Shown here: piece by piece, positions 47,503-56,680 of the stretch
Layout of the letters: each line of letters starts with the position of its first letter
How positions within the stretch are numbered: position 1 is the stretch's first letter
Origin: Candidatus Latescibacterota bacterium
GTDB taxonomy: Bacteria; Latescibacterota; CBDEFO01
DNA length: 64,000 nt
NCBI GenBank assembly: GCA_965248755.1
Contig: OZ252149.1
Coordinates: 1,408,001-1,472,000 of the forward strand
Reading direction: 5' to 3'
The notes under the pieces: model-generated
What the model saw: only the letters and a program-made list of their open reading frames with translations
Told to the model about the DNA's origin: nothing
Databases searched by the model: none
Made by a program: the position numbers and the translations under genes

Positions 47503-48597
47503 ATGCAATATCCCCCAGAATGGAACAGAACTGTTGAAGAGATCCTGTCAAAAGCTCGAACGGCGGTCTGCAAGGACTCTACTCCTGGCGGATTGACAAT
47601 GCTCTTGGGCGCGACAGATGTGGGCAAGACTACCTTTGCGAAGTTCCTGATTGAAAGGTCGTACTCTGAAGGGTTAAGGACAGCTTACATAGATGCAGAT
47701 ATAGGTCAAAAGACGGTAGGGCTCCCGGCTACGGTAAGTCTTGCATTCATCGTTCGTACGCCTGGAGATATTTCCGATATAAAGCCAGATGTCTCTTATT
47801 TTGTGGGTGATACCTCTCCTCTGGGACACACCTTGGAGATTGTGTCAGGACTGCGGAGACTTTCAGATGAGGCCCTAAAGATGGAGGCGGATGCGATCCT
47901 CCTGGATACGACAGGTCTGGTCTGGGGTGAGCATGCAATGCGGCTGAAGTCTCATAAGATAGACATGCTGTCCCCTGAATATATCGTAGCTTTTCAAAGG
48001 GAGGATGAAGTCGAACATATCTTGCGTCCCTACGACAAAAGGGGGGATATGAAGATCATAAGGCTTTCGGTTCCTCCTGATATCTCAAAAAGGACGATGG
48101 AGAGGAGGAAGGCTCACAGAGAGGGGAAGTTTGGGAGGTATTTCAAGGACGCCAGGACTGTGGAGTTTGAAAGAAAGGAGGTTCAGATTACGGGGACACC
48201 TCTCTCATTTGAGGGCGGACTTTCACCGGACGATCTGGATTTCCTATCAGATGCACTCGATACTCCTGTAGCCTACGCTGAGAAAGATGCAAGATGTCTT
48301 TATATTGTCGTATCTTCGGATTATTCGAAAGATAAGATATATCGATTAAAGGCCCGGTTTGGAGAAAAGATCTGTATCCTTAATAAGATCGATCTTGAAG
48401 GTCTCCTTGTAGGGCTCAACGACGGACACGATCGAACGTTGGCTGTGGGCATAATTGAGGAAATCGATTTTGAAGAGGGACGGCTTTGGGTAAAGAGTCC
48501 AATTGAAAATAGAGTGGAAGTCAAGCTTATCCGCTCAGGTTTTATGAGATTAAGTAAGCTGGCTCAGGAAATAGGTAGGTTCTCTATATGTAAATAG
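47503..48597 (+). CDS. Clp1/Grc3-like polynucleotide 5'-kinase (the ORF-track start at 47404 runs through a repeat)
   Basis: Walker A GATDVGKTT, DADIGQ..VG.P, YFVG.TSP, LLDTTG, basic RR..R...F..YF helix. Confidence 0.82.
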   Translation: MQYPPEWNRTVEEILSKARTAVCKDSTPGGLTMLLGATDVGKTTFAKFLIERSYSEGLRTAYIDADIGQKTVGLPATVSLAFIVRTPGDISDIKPDVSYFVGDTSPLGHTLEIVSGLRRLSDEALKMEADAILLDTTGLVWGEHAMRLKSHKIDMLSPEYIVAFQREDEVEHILRPYDKRGDMKIIRLSVPPDISKRTMERRKAHREGKFGRYFKDARTVEFERKEVQITGTPLSFEGGLSPDDLDFLSDALDTPVAYAEKDARCLYIVVSSDYSKDKIYRLKARFGEKICILNKIDLEGLLVGLNDGHDRTLAVGIIEEIDFEEGRLWVKSPIENRVEVKLIRSGFMRLSKLAQEIGRFSICK

Positions 48598-48662
48598 GGG
48601 CGAACCCGTGTGTTCGCCCAGTTAATTGTATTTTCGGGACAGACAGGTGGATCTGCCCCTAC
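48595..48662. repeat. GTAG-type REP doublet between convergent genes
   Basis: TAGGGGCGAACCCGTGTGTTCGCCC…GGGACAGACAGGTGGATCTGCCCCTAC. Confidence 0.75.
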
Positions 48663-48667
48663 TGCCT

Positions 48668-51583
48668 TTACAGCGCATCTGCCAATATTTCCACAGGGTG
48701 TCTGGTTTTTCTTCCCGTTCCATCCTCTATCTGATGGCGGCAGGACATTCCGGACGCAGCTATTTCGAAATCGTGAGGCGTCTGGCCGATAGTCTTGAAG
48801 AGATCGAGTTCCCCAATTTTCATTGAAATGTCGTAGTGCTCCGATTCGTAGCCGAAGGAGCCTGCCATGCCGCAGCAGCCGGAGTTGGCGTCCACTACTT
48901 CATATCCGGGAGGAAGACTTAGGACTTCTATGGAGGGCTCTGATCCGATGAGGGCCTTCTGGTGGCAGTGTCCATGGAGGAGTATCTTTTTCTTTACGTC
49001 TTTGAATTCAATGCCGAGTTCCCCTTCATCCACCAGGAGTTTGAGGAATTCCTCTATCATATAGGTGTTCCGAGCGACCTCTTTGGCCTTTTGGTCCTTT
49101 ACAAGGTCCAGATAGTCGTCCCTTATGACTGAGACGCAACTAGGTTCACATCCGACTATCTTGTAGCCCTTCTGGACGTAGTCGTAGAGACTGGAGACGT
49201 TGTACTCGGCGTTTTCTATGGCTTTGTCTATCATTCCTTTGGATATCATTGGTCTGCCACAGCAGACCTTTTGAGGAAGAATCACCCTGAAACCCGCTCT
49301 TTCCATAAGATAGACGGCCGCTTTTCCGATTTCGGGATAGTTATACTCCATAAAGCTATCGTTAAAGAGTACAACTGTGCCCAGGTCCCGCTTCTGGCTC
49401 TTTTCTCCTGACGTGTGGAACTTTCCATCGTCAAACCATTTTGAGAAGGTCTTTGAAGCAAAGGGAGGTAGATCTCTCCTGCTATCGATTCCGAATAGCA
49501 CCTCCATTGCCCATTTGGAGGGATAGCTCTTTGCTATCCAGTTGGATAGAGGAGCAAAGGTGCTTCCAAATCGGCCCAGGGCAGCGATGTTTCCGAAGAG
49601 CCTGTTTCTCAAAGGGAGACCGTTCTTTTTGTAGTAGTGGGCCAAGAATTCGTATTTGAGCTTGGCCATGTCAACGTTTGAGGGACACTCGGCTTTACAT
49701 CCTTTGCACTCCAGGCACAGGTCGAGGACGTCAAAGAGCCTTTTGCTCGTAAACTCCTCGTGGGGAAATCTGCCCGAAAGGACAGCCCTGAGGGCGTTGG
49801 CTCTCCCTCTTGTGGAGTGTTCTTCCTCCTTGGTCGCCATAAAGGAAGGGCACATCGTCCCGTCTATCTTTTTTCTGCAAGCCCCCGAGCCATTGCAGAG
49901 TTCCACGGAGAGGTCGAATCCGCCGTCGGCTGAAAAGTCGAAGTATGTGTCTATCTGAATGGTCTTGTAATCTGCCCCGAATCTCAAGTTTTCGTTCATG
50001 TCCTCTGCATATACAATCTTACCCGGGTTCATGATATTGTCCGGGTCGAAGGCGGCTTTGACCTCTTTGAAGGCTCCGTAAAGTGCCGGTCCGAACATCT
50101 TCTGATTCCAGCAACTTCTGGCCAGACCGTCTCCGTGCTCCGCACTCATCGAGCCTCCGAATTCTAGCACCAAGTCGCTTATCTCATCTGCTATGGATCT
50201 TATATTCTCTATCTGTTCTTTGTCCTTAAGGTTTATCAAAGGGCGGATGTGGAGACAACCGACGCTGGCGTGCGCGTAGTAACCGGAGGTGGTCCCGTAT
50301 TTTTCTATTATCTTATCGAATTTCCTTACATAGTCGGGGAGCTTTTCGGGTGAGACCGCGGTGTCCTCCACAAACGGAATAGGCTTTGTGTCGCCTTTCA
50401 TGCTCATAAAGAGTCCCAGTCCTGCCTTTCTTACGTTCCATACGTTATTCTGCTCTTGGGGATCTATAGCTCTTACGAAGGCGCTCCCCATATTTTTGCT
50501 CTCGAGACGTCCTTCTAGGCCGTCGAGTTGACCTTTCAGTTCATCCTGGGATGTCCCGTAGAACTCCACGATGAGGATAGCTCCAGGGTCGCCCTGCACA
50601 AAGGTCCTCCTCCTCGAGTACTCGAGCGACCCCTTGGCCAGATCTAAGAGGGTCTTGTCCACAAGTTCCACGGCCGAAGGAGCCGATTCGAGGATCGTCT
50701 CCACAGCTTCCATAGAGTCTGTCAAAGTTTCAAAGTGGACTATGTCAAGGGCTGTCATTTGAGGCACTTCGACCAGACCGATTTTGGCCTCGACCACTGT
50801 CGCAAGTGTGCCTTCAGAGCCTACAACGATCTTGGAGAGATTGAATTTGTCACATAACCTATCTTCGACTTTGTCTATAAACTCGTCGAGGTTGTAGCCC
50901 CCTACTCTCCTTAGTATCTTGGGGTAACTTCTCAAAATTTCCTCTTTGTTCTCCTGTACGATCCTTCTAACTTCGCGATATACGTGTCCCTCCAGGTCTT
51001 CAAGGCTCATTTTATCTCTAAGTTCGACCTCAGAAAGTCCTTTAAATACAGTCTCTTTGCCGTTTGACAGGACAACAGAGAGTTCCTGTGTGTAATCTAC
51101 GGTCTTGCCGTAGATAATTGAGTGTGCTCCTGATGAGTTGTTTCCTATCATCCCTCCGATGTTGGCCCTGTCGCTTGTGGCTACGTCGGGTGCGAACATA
51201 AGGTTGTAGGTTTTGAGGTAGACGTTAAGTTCGTCCAATACGACTCCGGGCTGGACTCTTACCCATCTTTCCTCCCGATTTAATTCCAATATCTTGTCCA
51301 TGTATTTGGACATATCTATGATAACGGCCTCGCCTATGGCCTGTCCTGCAAGGCTGGTTCCTGCTCCTCTGGGAAGGACGGGAACCTTGCGGTCTTTAGC
51401 GATGTTCATAGCTGTAACGACATCGTCCTTGTGCTTAGGTATGACGACTCCCATAGGTTCGATCTGGTATATGCTGGCATCTGTGCTGTAAAGCATCCTT
51501 GAGTATTTGTCGAATCTGACTTCGCCTTCCACGTTCTTTTTAAATTCATCTGATAGATCTGGCATTCCCATTGTTCCTTTCAA
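48668..51583 (-). CDS. FAD-binding / Fe-S 2-hydroxyacid oxidoreductase (GlcD-GlcF-like fusion, YdiJ-type)
   Basis: YSTDASIY, RGAGTSLAGQ, GSEGTL, HASVGCLH, EHGDG, CNGSGAC, CLECKGCKAECP, CCG motifs. Confidence 0.92.
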   Translation of the reverse strand: MKGTMGMPDLSDEFKKNVEGEVRFDKYSRMLYSTDASIYQIEPMGVVIPKHKDDVVTAMNIAKDRKVPVLPRGAGTSLAGQAIGEAVIIDMSKYMDKILELNREERWVRVQPGVVLDELNVYLKTYNLMFAPDVATSDRANIGGMIGNNSSGAHSIIYGKTVDYTQELSVVLSNGKETVFKGLSEVELRDKMSLEDLEGHVYREVRRIVQENKEEILRSYPKILRRVGGYNLDEFIDKVEDRLCDKFNLSKIVVGSEGTLATVVEAKIGLVEVPQMTALDIVHFETLTDSMEAVETILESAPSAVELVDKTLLDLAKGSLEYSRRRTFVQGDPGAILIVEFYGTSQDELKGQLDGLEGRLESKNMGSAFVRAIDPQEQNNVWNVRKAGLGLFMSMKGDTKPIPFVEDTAVSPEKLPDYVRKFDKIIEKYGTTSGYYAHASVGCLHIRPLINLKDKEQIENIRSIADEISDLVLEFGGSMSAEHGDGLARSCWNQKMFGPALYGAFKEVKAAFDPDNIMNPGKIVYAEDMNENLRFGADYKTIQIDTYFDFSADGGFDLSVELCNGSGACRKKIDGTMCPSFMATKEEEHSTRGRANALRAVLSGRFPHEEFTSKRLFDVLDLCLECKGCKAECPSNVDMAKLKYEFLAHYYKKNGLPLRNRLFGNIAALGRFGSTFAPLSNWIAKSYPSKWAMEVLFGIDSRRDLPPFASKTFSKWFDDGKFHTSGEKSQKRDLGTVVLFNDSFMEYNYPEIGKAAVYLMERAGFRVILPQKVCCGRPMISKGMIDKAIENAEYNVSSLYDYVQKGYKIVGCEPSCVSVIRDDYLDLVKDQKAKEVARNTYMIEEFLKLLVDEGELGIEFKDVKKKILLHGHCHQKALIGSEPSIEVLSLPPGYEVVDANSGCCGMAGSFGYESEHYDISMKIGELDLFKTIGQTPHDFEIAASGMSCRHQIEDGTGRKTRHPVEILADAL

Positions 51584-52000
51584 AAAGGCTTGTCTTGGGC
51601 TTTCAGCTTATGGATCAAATTTGGTATCTTCTACAGTACAGTTTAGCAAAACCGCACTATGTTGTCAATCAAAATTATGCAAGGAAGAACGTCGGAAGTC
51701 TATCGATCTGTCGGAACTTTGCGATGAGCTTTCTGATCTCCTCACTTGAGCTTGTCGAAGTGCGGCCAAAGGTGTACTCAGATCAACAAACAGGGTAGAT
51801 CAGGTCTCTCGCCTGGTCTTGGAACATCCTTTCGCTCCTGCGCAACCGATACTTTCGCGAAGATTAAATGGCTCTGTCTCCAGAAATAAGTTCTTGACAT
51901 TTAATCACTTCTTACATACTTTAATTATTGTTGGATAATTTACGCGGGGGCAAAACTGGCGTATCAAGAAGGGGAACGTTGCAGCTGAACTTCATTCAGA

Positions 52001-52969
52001 TTGTCAAAAAGTAGGAATACCATTATGGGAACACGATGGACCTTTCATCTCGCAGCTCTGCTGAGTTTCCTGTTGCTTCCGGTGGTGTCAGGTCTTGCTC
52101 AGGAAAATGCCGCAGATCCAACACAAACCAGTCTATCAAAGTCGAAAATCGCTTTCGTGTCATACCCCAAGAACAGCTACTATTACACCACTTCGACAAT
52201 CCCCGAATTGAGAACCTCTGAAATTTACGTGATGAACGCTGATGGAACAGACCCAATAAGACTGACCTACAACACGGTGAAGGACTTCCTGCCCTCCTGG
52301 TCTCCGGACGGAACTAAGATCGCGTTTGTTTCATATCGCGATGGCAACGGGGAAATCTACGTGATGGACGCTGACGGGACAAACCCGATAAGGCTCACCA
52401 ACAACTCCGAGTACGACACCGCGCCTTCCTGGTCGCCGGATGGGACAAAGATCGCCTTTCGGTCACACCGCGATGGCAACTATGAGATCTATGTGATGAA
52501 CGCTGACGGAGCAGACCCGATAAGGCTGACCCACAACCCGGCGCGCGACGGTTTCCCTTCTTGGTCTCCGGATGGGAGGCAGATTATCTTTATGTCAGAT
52601 TCCGATGGCGACTATGAAATCTATGTGATGAATGCTGACGGCACAGACCCGATAAGGGTGACTGACAACACGGCGGATGATTTTAGACCTTCCTGGTCTC
52701 CGGATGGGCAGAAGATCCTCTTTTGGTCACACCGCGATGACAACTATGAAATCTACGTGATGCATACTGACGGGACAAACCAGACACGGCTGACCGATAA
52801 CAAAGAGTCGGACTTCTCGCCTTCTTGGTCTCCGGATGGGACGAAGATTGTCTTTCAGTCAACTCGCGATGGCAACTATGAAATCTACGTGATGGACGCA
52901 GACGGGACAAACCAGACACGGCTGACCGACAACCCGGCGGACGACGGCACACCTTCTTGGTCGCCGTGA
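52001..52969 (+). CDS. Secreted TolB-like PD40 beta-propeller repeat protein (start possibly ATG 52025)
   Basis: Repeated 44-aa unit EIYVM.ADGT.P.RLT.N...D..PSWSPDG.KI.F; signal peptide. Confidence 0.9.
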   Translation: MSKSRNTIMGTRWTFHLAALLSFLLLPVVSGLAQENAADPTQTSLSKSKIAFVSYPKNSYYYTTSTIPELRTSEIYVMNADGTDPIRLTYNTVKDFLPSWSPDGTKIAFVSYRDGNGEIYVMDADGTNPIRLTNNSEYDTAPSWSPDGTKIAFRSHRDGNYEIYVMNADGADPIRLTHNPARDGFPSWSPDGRQIIFMSDSDGDYEIYVMNADGTDPIRVTDNTADDFRPSWSPDGQKILFWSHRDDNYEIYVMHTDGTNQTRLTDNKESDFSPSWSPDGTKIVFQSTRDGNYEIYVMDADGTNQTRLTDNPADDGTPSWSP

Positions 52970-52973
52970 CTGT

Positions 52974-53068
52974 CCCCCGAATGAATCTACCCCCGATTGA
53001 ACCCCCAATTGTGATCCTCTATTGAATCTATAGGGGGTTGGGGGTTGGGGGTTGGGGACTATCGGGGG
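52974..53068. repeat. Multiply nested short hairpin elements
   Basis: Four successive left arms followed by a run of TTGGGG / ATCGGGGG right arms. Confidence 0.8.
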
Positions 53069-53127
53069 TAGATGTCACTTAGTATCCGACAGTTCCGAAG
53101 AAAATACAATTTATTAAAAAAAGTTCT

Positions 53128-53156
53128 TGACATTCAAAAGAGAATTTAGTATGATA
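53128..53156 (+). promoter_or_regulatory. Putative sigma70 promoter (further copies near 54898 and 55092)
   Basis: TTGACA-N17-TATGAT with an AT-rich upstream tract. Confidence 0.7.
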
Positions 53157-53414
53157 AACGTTGAATCGTATTTATCTCGATTTGACTATGATTTCATAGG
53201 TTGTCGTTCAAACTATAGGTACGAGCACTTATTGAAACTATTTTGAACTGTTTTGACCTATAACGACGTCATAACAAAAAAGGGAGGTGGTGTCGAGACA
53301 GCGATTAGGAACATGGTAACCGCGAAAGGAGGTGGTAGCTAGGAGCGAAAAGAGTTGTAGTATTAAGGTTTTCGTTGTAGAAACTTATCATCTTAAACAA
53401 GAGAGTTAAACAAA

Positions 53415-54338
53415 ATGAAGAAGATAGTTTCCATTGGCTTAGTACTGGGTGTTGTCCTTCTCGCCGCTTCTATGAGTTATGCTCACATGGGCGAGGACTT
53501 TTTCGCTGTCCAGGTGCCCATTGATATGATGTCGCCGGTCCAGAACGTTGTACTCGACGGTGACGAAAGCGATTGGGATATGGTTGACCCGGCTTTCTGG
53601 ATAACTCACGACGACCTGGTAGAGAACCAGAATGAACAGGGTATAAACGCCGCTGACCTGGGCGAGAGGATAATCGTAGGGTGGAGTCCTGATAGCAACA
53701 AGATTTACTGGTTTGAGGATAGATTTGACGATTGCTGGTGGGGTATGAACACATTAGCCGGTCAGGAGGGTGTTGAGCTTGTCATCGATGCTGACCACAG
53801 CGGCGGACGGTACATGGTAACGAATAATATAGACCTGGATCCACTCAGGTTCGACGGATCTCATGCACAAAATTATCGCTATTATCCGGCCCGAGAAGAT
53901 CCGGTCTGGCATTGGGGAAATGCTACGTGGAATTACGTGGCTCCTTTTGCCGAGTTCGGCTGGAGCTTTGATGGTACCGAGGACGGTGGCGCGGGAACCG
54001 CGACTATTGAGATGGCTGTGACGGCGTTTGACGATCTTAATCCTTCAGGTTTAGGGGATAGCATCGTACACCAATTTACAGAGGCAGATGGCGGTGAGAA
54101 AGTCATAGGCTTAGGCTTTCAAGTTCAAGACACTGACTGCGATGAGGGCATACCTAACACAGGCATACCGCCAAGTGGCGGTGGCAACTACACGAGCAAC
54201 GGTGGCGGGACAACGATGAACCAGGATACTGACTTCCTCAATGACTTCACCCTGCTTTCTTTTGATCAGGATCAATGGGGAACAGCAGTTGAGTCTGACA
54301 CCTGGGGCCGTATCAAGTCCAGCTTCAACAAAAATTAG
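53415..54338 (+). CDS. Secreted acidic protein, CBM9/DOMON-like fold suspected, C-terminal TAVE..TWGRIK tail (copy 1)
   Basis: Signal peptide (SYA|H); LDGD.SDW, VELVIDADHSGG, IGLGF.V.D.D. Confidence 0.75.
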   Translation: MKKIVSIGLVLGVVLLAASMSYAHMGEDFFAVQVPIDMMSPVQNVVLDGDESDWDMVDPAFWITHDDLVENQNEQGINAADLGERIIVGWSPDSNKIYWFEDRFDDCWWGMNTLAGQEGVELVIDADHSGGRYMVTNNIDLDPLRFDGSHAQNYRYYPAREDPVWHWGNATWNYVAPFAEFGWSFDGTEDGGAGTATIEMAVTAFDDLNPSGLGDSIVHQFTEADGGEKVIGLGFQVQDTDCDEGIPNTGIPPSGGGNYTSNGGGTTMNQDTDFLNDFTLLSFDQDQWGTAVESDTWGRIKSSFNKN

Positions 54339-54365
54339 AGGAGGAAGAACACGATCAGATGTCTG

Positions 54366-54400
54366 GAGGGGGGCGAACTTTATCGCTCCCCTTCTTTCTT
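54366..54400 (+). terminator. Intrinsic terminator (second copy ~56329-56363)
   Basis: GAGGGGGGCGA…TCGCTCCCCTTC-TTTCTT. Confidence 0.7.
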
Positions 54401-54623
54401 GTTAGCAGAATCTTTGGGCGGTTGTTCCAGACGAGGTGCCCTGCTGCGATTTGCTCCTGTTGATTAGGGATCCTCGAAGATATCTAATATTTGAAAGGCA
54501 ACCCAACACAGATAAAAGATTATATATTACTCTATGAACGCACCGAAGGAGCAACAAAATTACCCCTGTTGAAAAAATGAAGCATTTGAAACTAACACAT
54601 GATAGATTCGTAGCTATTATTAG

Positions 54624-54865
54624 CCAGATTAATTCATAAACTTCGTGGAGTCATTGCGAGGAGCAAAGCGACGAAGCAATCTCAAGGTTTTATAGTGGTC
54701 TCCCATGAGAGCCCGAGAGTATTACATCTACAACAGAATCGAGATTGCTTCGCCTTCGGCTCGCAATGACGTCGAAGATGGTTAAACCGCATAACTATAC
54801 TATAATACAATCCCATAATACAATCCCATAATTAATGTACGGCCTTTTTTTGTGAATTATTCGGG
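54624..54865. mobile_element. 242-bp MITE, reverse-orientation sibling of 37336-37564 with an extra 13-bp internal duplication
   Basis: CCAGATTAATTCA…TGAATTATTCGGG; ATAATACAATCCC twice. Confidence 0.9.
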
Positions 54866-55379
54866 CTAAAGAAAATACAATTTATCAAAAATAGTTCTTG
54901 ACATTCAAAAGAGATTATAAGTATAATAAACGTTGAATCGTATTTATCTCGATTTGACTATGATTTCACAGGTTGTCGTTCAAGCTATACTAATATAGGG
55001 AAGAGAACTAATTTGGGTCGGGGACTATGGGGATAGGCATCACACAGTATCCGACAGTTCCGAAGAAAATACAATTTATTTAAAAAAGTTCTTGACATTC
55101 AAAAGAGAATTTAGTATGATGAAGGTTGAATCGTATTTATCTCGATTTGACTATTATTTCATAGGTTGTCGTTCAAACTATAGGTACGAGCATTTATTGA
55201 AACTATTTTGAACTGTTTTGACCTATAACGACGTCATAACAAAAAAGGGAGGTGGTGTCGAGACAGCGATTAGGAACATGGTAACCGCGAAAGGAGGTGG
55301 TAGCTAGGAGCGAAAAGAGTTGTAGTATTAAGGTTTTCGTTGTAGAAACTTATCATCTTAAACAAGAGAGTTAAACAAA

Positions 55380-56303
55380 ATGAAGAAGATAGTTTCGATT
55401 GGCTTAGTACTGGGTGTTGTCCTTCTCGCCGCTTCTATGAGTTATGCTCACATGGGCGAGGACTTTTTCGCTGTCCAGGTGCCCATTGATATGATGTCGC
55501 CGGTCCAGAACGTTGTACTCGACGGTGACGAAAGCGATTGGGATATGGTTGACCCGGCTTTCTGGATAACTCACGACGATCTGGTAGAGAACCAGAATGA
55601 ACAGGGTATAAACTCCGCTGACCTGGCCGAGAGGATAATCATAGGGTGGAGTCCAGAGAGCAACATGGTTTACTGGTTTGAGGAAAGATTTGACGATTGC
55701 TGGTGGGGTATGGACGCAGCCGCCGGTCAGGAGGGTGTTGAGCTTGTCATCGATGCCGACCACAGCGGTGGACAGTACAATCGCATGCAAACAGTAGACG
55801 AGGATCCAGCCAGGTGGAACGGATCTCACGCACAGAATTGGCGCTATTATCCGGCCCGAGAGGATCCGGTCTGGCATTGGGGAAATGCTACATGGGTATT
55901 CGTGGCTCCTTTTGCCGAGTTCGGCTGGAGCTGGGATGGTACCGAGAACAGTGGCCCGGGCACCGCGACTATTGAGATGTCCGTGACGGCGTTTGACGAT
56001 CTGAATCCTACAGGTATAGGGGATAGTATAGTACACCAATTTACAGAGGCAGATGGCGATGAGAAAGTCATAGGATTAGGCTTTATGGTTCAAGACACTG
56101 ACTGCACGACAGGCTTAGCCAAAACAGGCATGGTGAATAGTGGCGGTGGCAACTACACGAGCAACGGGGGCTCGACAACGATGAACCAGAATGCTGACTT
56201 CATCAATGACTTCACCCTGCTTTCTTTTGATCAGGATCAATGGCCCACTGCAGTTGAGTCTGACACCTGGGGCCGCATCAAGTCCAGCTTCAACAAAAAT
56301 TAG
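55380..56303 (+). CDS. Secreted acidic protein with TWGRIK tail (copy 2, paralog of 53415-54338)
   Basis: Same length (307 aa), identical N-terminus, patchy divergence. Confidence 0.8.
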   Translation: MKKIVSIGLVLGVVLLAASMSYAHMGEDFFAVQVPIDMMSPVQNVVLDGDESDWDMVDPAFWITHDDLVENQNEQGINSADLAERIIIGWSPESNMVYWFEERFDDCWWGMDAAAGQEGVELVIDADHSGGQYNRMQTVDEDPARWNGSHAQNWRYYPAREDPVWHWGNATWVFVAPFAEFGWSWDGTENSGPGTATIEMSVTAFDDLNPTGIGDSIVHQFTEADGDEKVIGLGFMVQDTDCTTGLAKTGMVNSGGGNYTSNGGSTTMNQNADFINDFTLLSFDQDQWPTAVESDTWGRIKSSFNKN

Positions 56304-56680
56304 AGGAGGGTAACGGTAAGATATTCAGGAGGGGGGCGAATTTTATCGCTCCCCTTCTTTCTTGTTAGCAGAATCTTTGGGCCGCTATTCCAGACTTAAA
56401 GCCCTGCTGAGATTTGCTCCTGTTGATTAGGATCCTCGAAAATATCGAATATTTGAAAGGCAACCCACACAGATAAAAGATTATATATTACTCTATCTAA
56501 CGCACCGAAGGGGGAACAAAATTACCCCTGTTGAAAAAATGAAGCATTTGAAACTAACACAAGATAGATTCGTAGCTATTATCAGGAACTAAAGAAAAAA
56601 TATCCTGAAAATTCGTTGCTGTATCGGAACAAAAGTGTTGTAGAGCACGGCAAGGATTTACCATACGGAGGTGAAAGTTC

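Noticed and set aside
51670..51880. Possible transposase C-terminal fragment
   Set aside because: Only a vague resemblance (LCDELSDL) with no catalytic motif or terminal repeat; cannot be supported.
52200..52969. CRISPR-like periodic repeats
   Set aside because: The 132-bp period is the coding PD40 repeat; the same applies to the 168-bp NHL repeats near 63029. There are no unique spacers and no cas genes.
53415..56303. Diversity-generating retroelement (TR/VR pair)
   Set aside because: Differences between the copies are not adenine-specific, both copies are full genes, and no reverse transcriptase is present in the window.
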